UHGV virus genome: UHGV-0151101
From: a virus
Length of the DNA stretch: 11,233 nucleotides
Reading direction: 5' to 3' (one strand)
Part shown: positions 7,402 to 11,233 of the stretch, piece by piece
Layout of the letters: every line of letters starts with the position of its first letter
Position numbering within the stretch: the first letter of the stretch is position 1
The notes under the pieces: model-generated
What the model was told of the DNA's origin: nothing
The model's database searches: none
The model's input: only the letters and a program-made list of their open reading frames with translations
Translations under genes and position numbers: made by a program

Positions 7402-8219
7402 GCAATCCCCCTGTCTGCAAACTTCCCTTCCCGTACTCCCGTTAACGAATCTTCCCTCAGCAGGTAATCAAAATCTGCCGTCCAGCCAGTGTCGTTGTCT
7501 CCGAAGTAAAACGGCTTGGCCTGATGCACAAACGCCCTGACATACGCTCTGAAACCGTCCACGTTTGGCGTTTTCAGTTGCGGGATGATTTTCTTCAGGC
7601 GGCGTTTGCGTTTCTCGTTGACCGCAACAGCGTGTGGCAGTCTGTCACCGACTTCGGTGTTGTAGGCGTTCAGGAAGGATTCATAGTCGATTCGTTCTGC
7701 CTTGCGACGTTCAGGTTTAACCTGCCCATCGCCGCCCCCGTTAGGGGGTAAGGGGGTATTTGTATTTATTGTCTTTTGTATATTGTCTTTTGTGTTTAGC
7801 TGACTTGGCTTATACCCATTAGCCGACTTGGCTAATGTTTTATTAGCTGTTTTAGCTAATGTTAAGCTGTCCTGGCTAATCCACTGAGAAACCACCTTGT
7901 TCACTCCGATTTTCACGCCATCAGCAATGAGGAATTTACGCTCGATAAGCTGGCGCTTGGCAGCGCAAACATGAGTGTGATGAATACCTGTCATGGCTGC
8001 TATCTGCGTGTTTGTGAGTCGATCCATCGGCTTATTGAATCCGTATGTCTTGCGCATGATAGCGAGCATCACCTTCAACTGCCGGACGGTTAAATCAGCC
8101 ATCAGCAGACTGTCGGTAATCTCGTTAGCAACGCGCATGAAACCATCTTCGGTATCTGCCACGCGATGCTCCACGACCTCCAGTTGAGGCCTGTAATCAG
8201 CTAACTTAACGACGCCCAT
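7398..8219 (-). CDS. Replication initiator, lambda O-like, 273 aa, with the origin inside the gene
   Basis: Position after cII. N-terminal DNA-binding region, central low-complexity linker ([47 protein letters not shown]) encoded by iteron DNA, C-terminal domain. GGAG lies 7 nt upstream of the start. Confidence 0.85.
   Translation of the reverse strand: MGVVKLADYRPQLEVVEHRVADTEDGFMRVANEITDSLLMADLTVRQLKVMLAIMRKTYGFNKPMDRLTNTQIAAMTGIHHTHVCAAKRQLIERKFLIADGVKIGVNKVVSQWISQDSLTLAKTANKTLAKSANGYKPSQLNTKDNIQKTINTNTPLPPNGGGDGQVKPERRKAERIDYESFLNAYNTEVGDRLPHAVAVNEKRKRRLKKIIPQLKTPNVDGFRAYVRAFVHQAKPFYFGDNDTGWTADFDYLLREDSLTGVREGKFADRGIA
7756..7880. repeat. Replication origin: four ~19-bp iterons plus an adjacent AT-rich tract
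   Basis: Iterons at about 7796-7814, 7819-7837, 7843-7861 and 7862-7880 (TTAGCTGACTTGGCT, TTAGCCGACTTGGCTAATG, TTAGCTGTTTTAGCTAATG, TTAAGCTGTCCTGGCTAAT). AT-rich 7757-7795 holds a 12-bp direct repeat ATTGTCTTTTGT at 7768-7779 and 7782-7793. Same layout as lambda ori inside O. Confidence 0.65.
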
Positions 8220-8367
8220 GTTTCACTCCTGCTTTGGCTAGTCTGTAAACACCAACAAGGCGCTCTGCGAACGCCCTGTTATTTGCTGCGGCTACCACTA
8301 ATCCCTCAGGTGAATCAGGGTGTCGAATCTCTTCTTTTTCCTGGTATTTCTTACGACGTTTTGTCAT
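8206..8367 (-). CDS. Possible small basic protein, 53 aa, between cII and the O-like gene
   Basis: Hand translation [57 protein letters not shown] 5 nt upstream of the ATG; 3' end overlaps the O-like start by 14 nt. No homolog recognised. Confidence 0.3.
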   Translation of the reverse strand: MTKRRKKYQEKEEIRHPDSPEGLVVAAANNRAFAERLVGVYRLAKAGVKHGRR

Positions 8368-8376
8368 AATTACTCC

Positions 8377-8452
8377 TGTGGATTGATCCAGTAATTCCCT
8401 CAGAATTGCATATCAATTTGCTTAAAATCCTCGGTGGCGGCCGGGGATTTTT
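8377..8452 (+). ncRNA. Candidate oop-like antisense RNA covering the cII 3' end
   Basis: CATAAT -10-like hexamer at 8365-8370. Weak A/T-rich stem AAAATCC / GGATTTT (8424-8430 and 8445-8451) then a T-run, antisense to the cII codons for KKSPAATED, the same relative position as lambda oop. Predicted length about 76 nt. Confidence 0.35.
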
Positions 8453-8696
8453 TCTTTGTGATTTCATCAAGCGCATACTTAAAAGCCCTGCTAATCGGAC
8501 TGATGTCTGATGCCATTCCGAAAGCACACAAGACCGAAGCAATAAATCTCCAGTCCGTTCTGCTTATCTTCGATTCATGACAGCCAATCATCTTTGCCAG
8601 ACCGCGCTGGGTAAGCGTTGACAGGTTGATGAGTAAATCAGTTTCAGCGCGATCAATTTCTCGCTGTGTTGGCTTGCTGTAGCTTGCTTGTGCCAT
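8400..8696 (-). CDS. cII: cII-family lysogeny activator, 98 aa
   Basis: SKISRTDWRFIASVLCAFGM and C-terminal KKKSPAATEDFKQIDMQF parallel lambda cII (SQISRWKRDWIPKFSMLLAVLEWG, KKRPAATERSEQIQMEF as recalled). Located between cro and the O-like gene. Confidence 0.85.
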   Translation of the reverse strand: MAQASYSKPTQREIDRAETDLLINLSTLTQRGLAKMIGCHESKISRTDWRFIASVLCAFGMASDISPISRAFKYALDEITKKKSPAATEDFKQIDMQF

Positions 8697-8712
8697 TTGT
8701 TAATTTTCCTAT
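8672..8712 (+). promoter_or_regulatory. PRE-like cII-dependent promoter (TTGC-N6-TTGC), pointing toward cro and the repressor
   Basis: TTGC tgtagc TTGC at 8674-8687, then 6 nt, then the complement of the cII ATG (CAT at 8694-8696) and a -10-like TAATTT at 8701-8706. Lambda PRE has the same architecture as I recall it. Confidence 0.6.
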
Positions 8713-8762
8713 ATTGATATTGAGTTATAGCGGCACACCCAATGGATTTGCCGCTGATGTTT

Positions 8763-8806
8763 GCTCACCCGGTTAGAGGTGAAAGGCCAGAACTGTTAAA
8801 GAGCAA
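8763..8806 (-). promoter_or_regulatory. nutR: boxA plus boxB hairpin
   Basis: On the - strand, boxA TGCTCTTTAACA begins 6 nt after the cro stop. boxB UCACCU-CUAACC-GGGUGA (6-bp stem, hexaloop CUAACC) at + coordinates 8763-8783. Confidence 0.65.
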
Positions 8807-8811
8807 TTTGC

Positions 8812-8997
8812 TTATGCCGCTTGGCGGTAAGCACTTTCTTGATACTTCAGGGCGCCAGCTGTAACGATTTCCAATCGATAGGCGTCTTTCTCTGGGATAA
8901 CTTCTTTCCACTGAGAGACTGCTGCATCGCTAATGCCTAGTGCTTTAGCAACAGCACGCTGGGTTCCGAAGTGGTCAATAACATCTTTTTTGTACAT
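8812..8997 (-). CDS. cro: Cro repressor, 61 aa, P22 Cro type
   Basis: MYKKDVIDHFGTQRAVAKALGISDAAVSQWKEVIPEKDAYRLEIVTAGALKYQ... matches P22 Cro as recalled. GGAG 7 nt upstream of the start. Confidence 0.9.
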   Translation of the reverse strand: MYKKDVIDHFGTQRAVAKALGISDAAVSQWKEVIPEKDAYRLEIVTAGALKYQESAYRQAA

Positions 8998-9077
8998 AGA
9001 CTCGCTCCGAAATTAAAGAACACTTAAATTATTCACCAAAGGAATCTTAAGTCAAGTTTATTTAAGATGTCTTAACT
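8998..9077. promoter_or_regulatory. Right operator region with divergent PR (- strand, cro) and PRM (+ strand, repressor)
   Basis: 18-bp palindromic operators ATTAAAGAACACTTAAAT (9012-9029) and ATTTAAGATGTCTTAACT (9060-9077), plus a weaker CTTAAG-containing site near 9045-9062. PR on the - strand is TTGACT-N17-ATAATT. The repressor ATG at 9078 directly abuts an operator. Confidence 0.75.
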
Positions 9078-9728
9078 ATGAATACACAACTGATGGGTGA
9101 GCGTATTCGCGCTCGCAGAAAAGAACTCAAGATTAGGCAGGCTGCCCTTGGCAAGATGGTTGGCGTGTCTAATGTTGCTATTTCCCAATGGGAGCGATCT
9201 GAAACTGAGCCCAATGGCGAAAACCTATTGGCCTTAGCCAAGGCTTTGCAGTGCTCCCCTGATTACCTGTTGAAAGGAGAGGATAGTCTTTCAAACATTG
9301 CCTATCACAGCAGGCATGATCCAAGAGGTTCGTATCCTCTAATTAGTTGGGTAAGCGCAGGATGTTGGATGGAAGCTGTAGAGCCATATCATAGGCGTGC
9401 AATAGATAACTGGTACGACACAACGGTAGATTGTTCTGAAGACTCTTTTTGGCTCGACGTTAAAGGCGATTCAATGACTGCCCCGGCAGGACTGAGTATT
9501 CCTGAGGGGATGATTATTCTCGTCGACCCAGAAGTCGAACCACGTAATGGAAAGCTGGTAGTCGCCAAACTTGAAGGAGAAAACGAGGCGACATTCAAAA
9601 AGTTAGTTATTGATGCCGGTAGAAAATTCCTGAAACCACTCAATCCACAATACCCAATGATTGAAATCAATGGGAACTGTAAAATCATTGGCGTTGTCGT
9701 TGATGCCAAGCTAGCAAACCTTCCTTAA
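9078..9728 (+). CDS. c2: Prophage repressor, 216 aa, P22 c2 type (cI family, LexA-like autocleavage domain)
   Basis: MNTQLMGERIRARRKELKIRQAALGKMVGVSNVAISQWERSETEPNGENLLALAKALQCSPDYLLKG... and the C-terminal peptidase-like domain (GDSM...K) match P22 c2 as recalled. Confidence 0.95.
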   Translation: MNTQLMGERIRARRKELKIRQAALGKMVGVSNVAISQWERSETEPNGENLLALAKALQCSPDYLLKGEDSLSNIAYHSRHDPRGSYPLISWVSAGCWMEAVEPYHRRAIDNWYDTTVDCSEDSFWLDVKGDSMTAPAGLSIPEGMIILVDPEVEPRNGKLVVAKLEGENEATFKKLVIDAGRKFLKPLNPQYPMIEINGNCKIIGVVVDAKLANLP

Positions 9729-9750
9729 GGGGCTTTCGCCCCTTTTTTTA
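9729..9750 (+). terminator. Intrinsic terminator after the repressor gene
   Basis: GGGGC tttc GCCCC followed by TTTTTTT, starting 1 nt after the c2 stop. Confidence 0.7.
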
Positions 9751-9793
9751 TTTCCCGTTAAAAATCAAAGACAAACTAAATTCACGCCCATAA

Positions 9794-9853
9794 AATTAAG
9801 TTTTCTTCAAAAATGCACTTGACCAATAAATTAAGAAGTCTTAAATTTAAGCC
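9794..9853 (+). promoter_or_regulatory. PL promoter with OL operators
   Basis: TTGACC (9819-9824), 17-nt spacer, TAAATT (9842-9847). Operator-like AATTAAGAAGTCTTAAAT at 9829-9846 overlaps the spacer and -10. A second, weaker half-site pair lies at 9794-9811. Confidence 0.55.
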
Positions 9854-9893
9854 ATCAGCAGGACGCTGGAAGCCAAACGGAACAGATTGGCAG

Positions 9894-9933
9894 GCTCTTT
9901 AACATCGACGGACTCTCAACCTAACCGTTGAGA
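9894..9933 (+). promoter_or_regulatory. nutL: boxA plus boxB hairpin
   Basis: boxA GCTCTTTAACA at 9894-9904. boxB TCTCAAC-CTAACC-GTTGAGA at 9914-9933, with the same CUAACC hexaloop as nutR. Confidence 0.65.
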
Positions 9934-10043
9934 CCAGAACTTGAGTGGTTTTGGGGATGGCGCGAATTGCAGCTGCAAGACAGCGATCGAGAAGATAAGC
10001 ACCTCGACGCGTCATGCGCCAAAGCCACTTAAAGGAGACCATC

Positions 10044-10349
10044 ATGGTAACCATTGTCTGGAAAGAATCCAAAGGTACGGCAAAAAGCCGCTACAAAGCT
10101 CGCAGAGCAGAACTTATTGCCGAGCGACGCAGTAATGAAGCACTGGCGCGAAAAATTGCGCTAAAGCTCTCTGGTTGCGTCAGAGCAGACAAAGCAGCAT
10201 CACTAGGAAGCCTTTGCTGCAAGAAGAAAGAAGAAGTCGTTCGAAAAAATAGAAGTATTTATTACAAAGATTCAAACCCATTAGGAAACAAAATACATGC
10301 AGTCCAAAAAATAAAATTGTACAGTAAACTACCGTACGGTGCTTATTGA
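10044..10349 (+). CDS. N: N-like early antiterminator, 101 aa, phage-21-type arginine-rich motif
   Basis: N-terminal GTAKSRYKARRAELIAERR matches the phage 21 N boxB-binding peptide as I recall it. AAAGGAGA ribosome-binding site 6 nt upstream of the ATG at 10044. Follows PL and nutL. Confidence 0.8.
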   Translation: MVTIVWKESKGTAKSRYKARRAELIAERRSNEALARKIALKLSGCVRADKAASLGSLCCKKKEEVVRKNRSIYYKDSNPLGNKIHAVQKIKLYSKLPYGAY

Positions 10350-10351
10350 GT

Positions 10352-10690
10352 ATGCTTATGGTGAAAAAGACTATTTATGTTAATCCTGACCGCGGACAAA
10401 ACAGAAAAGTATCTGATAGAGGTCTTACATCTCGAGACAGGAGGAGAATAGCGAGATGGGAAAAAAGGATAGCATATGCATTAAAAAACGGTGTAACACC
10501 TGGATTTAATGCTATAGATGACGGTCCTGAATATAAGATTAATGAAGAACCAATGGACAAAGTTGACAAAGCATTAGCAACACCATTTCCTCGCGATGTC
10601 GAAAAAATTGAAGATGAAAAATATGAGGATGTAATGCACAGAGTTGTTAATCACGCTCACCAACGAAATCCAAATAAAAAATGGTCATAG
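10352..10690 (+). CDS. Hypothetical protein, about 112 aa, in an AT-rich segment immediately downstream of N
   Basis: Complete ORF beginning 3 nt after the N stop (start ATG at 10352 or 10358 uncertain). Basic N-terminal half, acidic C-terminal half. Followed by a strong intrinsic terminator. No homolog recognised. Confidence 0.5.
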   Translation: MLMVKKTIYVNPDRGQNRKVSDRGLTSRDRRRIARWEKRIAYALKNGVTPGFNAIDDGPEYKINEEPMDKVDKALATPFPRDVEKIEDEKYEDVMHRVVNHAHQRNPNKKWS

Positions 10691-10712
10691 CCCACTTCGG
10701 TGGGTTTTTTAT
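10691..10712 (+). terminator. Intrinsic terminator (tL1-like) after the N-distal ORF
   Basis: CCCAC ttcg GTGGG followed by TTTTTTAT, immediately after the TAG stop at 10688-10690. Confidence 0.7.
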
Positions 10713-10823
10713 TGTCTGAACAAACCTAATTTACTACCGCAAGCCACGCAGTGAAATGGAGGTGACTTGTGTTGGTCGCCAGAAAATGAAATTAGGCAGC
10801 AAAACACTTATTTGAGGTGATAT

Positions 10824-10910
10824 ATGGAAGAAGAATTTGAAGAGTTCGAAGAGCATCCGCAGGATGTGATGGAACAATACCAGGACTATCCGTATGACTA
10901 CGACTATTGA
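10824..10910 (+). CDS. Candidate 28-aa hyper-acidic, Tyr-rich micro-protein
   Basis: AGGTGA Shine-Dalgarno sequence 4 nt upstream of the ATG. Hand translation MEEEFEEFEEHPQDVMEQYQDYPYDYDY. Shares an exact 18-bp initiation cassette with the next gene. Confidence 0.3.
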   Translation: MEEEFEEFEEHPQDVMEQYQDYPYDYDY

Positions 10911-11049
10911 TAAGAATCAATGGTGTGGACAATACGAACGACGACAATGATTGCCAGAGAACTTGGTAAACAGAACTACAAGGCTGCCTGATGGTGGCCT
11001 TTATTTTTGTCCGTAAATAATTTCATGCTTATTACAATCAAGGTGATAT

Positions 11050-11233
11050 ATGGAAGAACAAGCAAACAAGATTCTCGTAGAACTACTGCAAAAAGCCAGT
11101 AATGGAATAGACGCGGCTGTTTCATTTAGCCAGGCACAGATTCCTGATGTTGTTCATCAGTTGCTGCTATGGAATATGGTTGACAGTCTGATTAAAACAT
11201 TAATGGCCATTCTAACAATCCCACTGGTTTTCT
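11050..11233 (+). CDS. 5' part of a gene running off the window; encoded protein has a hydrophobic segment
   Basis: Same 18-bp cassette AGGTGATATATGGAAGAA. Open to the window edge: MEEQANKILVELLQKASNGIDAAVSFSQAQIPDVVHQLLLWNMVDSLIKTLMAILTIPLVF. Likely membrane-associated. Confidence 0.45.
   Translation, partial: MEEQANKILVELLQKASNGIDAAVSFSQAQIPDVVHQLLLWNMVDSLIKTLMAILTIPLVF

Noticed and set aside
7524-8187. + strand ORFs 7524-7751 and 7993-8187
   Set aside because: Antisense to the O-like initiator gene; no start context.
8351-8542. - strand ORF 8351-8542 (63 aa)
   Set aside because: Alternative frame overlapping the cII homolog; the cII frame carries the recognisable similarity.
9389-9709. 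- strand ORF 9389-9709 (106 aa)
   Set aside because: Antisense to the repressor gene, which is unambiguous.
9941-10135. + strand ORF 9941-10135 and the long track start of N at 10014
   Set aside because: The 9941 ORF is in another frame overlapping the nutL-to-N leader. N most plausibly starts at the ATG at 10044, which has an AAAGGAGA ribosome-binding site, not at 10014.
10375-10569. - strand ORF 10375-10569
   Set aside because: Antisense to the N-distal ORF on the PL transcript; no promoter or ribosome-binding context.
10920-10991. Tiny + strand ORF MVWTIRTTTMIARELGKQNYKAA (10920-10991)
   Set aside because: No Shine-Dalgarno sequence and no conservation signal; kept only as a remote possibility given the micro-protein candidates nearby.
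1-11233. CRISPR array, integrase or attachment site, insertion-sequence element
   Set aside because: No spaced direct-repeat array, no recombinase-like ORF, and no terminal inverted repeats flanking a transposase were seen. The only repeats are the ori iterons, the operators and the 18-bp cassette.

Overview
The window is the early-to-late control core of a mosaic lambdoid (temperate, lambda/P22-like) prophage, apparently in an enterobacterial host. Identifications rest on recalled similarity to lambda, P22 and phage 21 proteins and on motifs read directly from the sequence; no database search was run. On the + strand sit the repressor (P22 c2-like), a PL/OL region, nutL, and an N antiterminator with a phage-21-type arginine-rich motif, followed by an AT-rich cargo module. 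On the - strand, running right to left, sit cro, nutR, cII, an O-like replication initiator containing the origin iterons, a DnaB-type helicase, a tR2-like terminator, a tightly overlapped nin operon (ninB, ninD, ninE, NinX-like, ninF, an unknown 89-aa protein, a YbcO-like DUF1364 protein, rusA, ninH), the late antiterminator Q, a late promoter/terminated-leader region, the lysis cassette S-R-Rz/Rz1, a terminator, and a KilA-N domain gene. The best candidates for uncharacterised function are the AT-rich module downstream of N (a 112-aa charged protein, then two genes headed by an identical 18-bp initiation cassette, one a 28-aa hyper-acidic peptide), the KilA-N gene with a coupled mini-ORF, and the unknown 89-aa nin protein. 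I could not assign a function to any of these from sequence alone.
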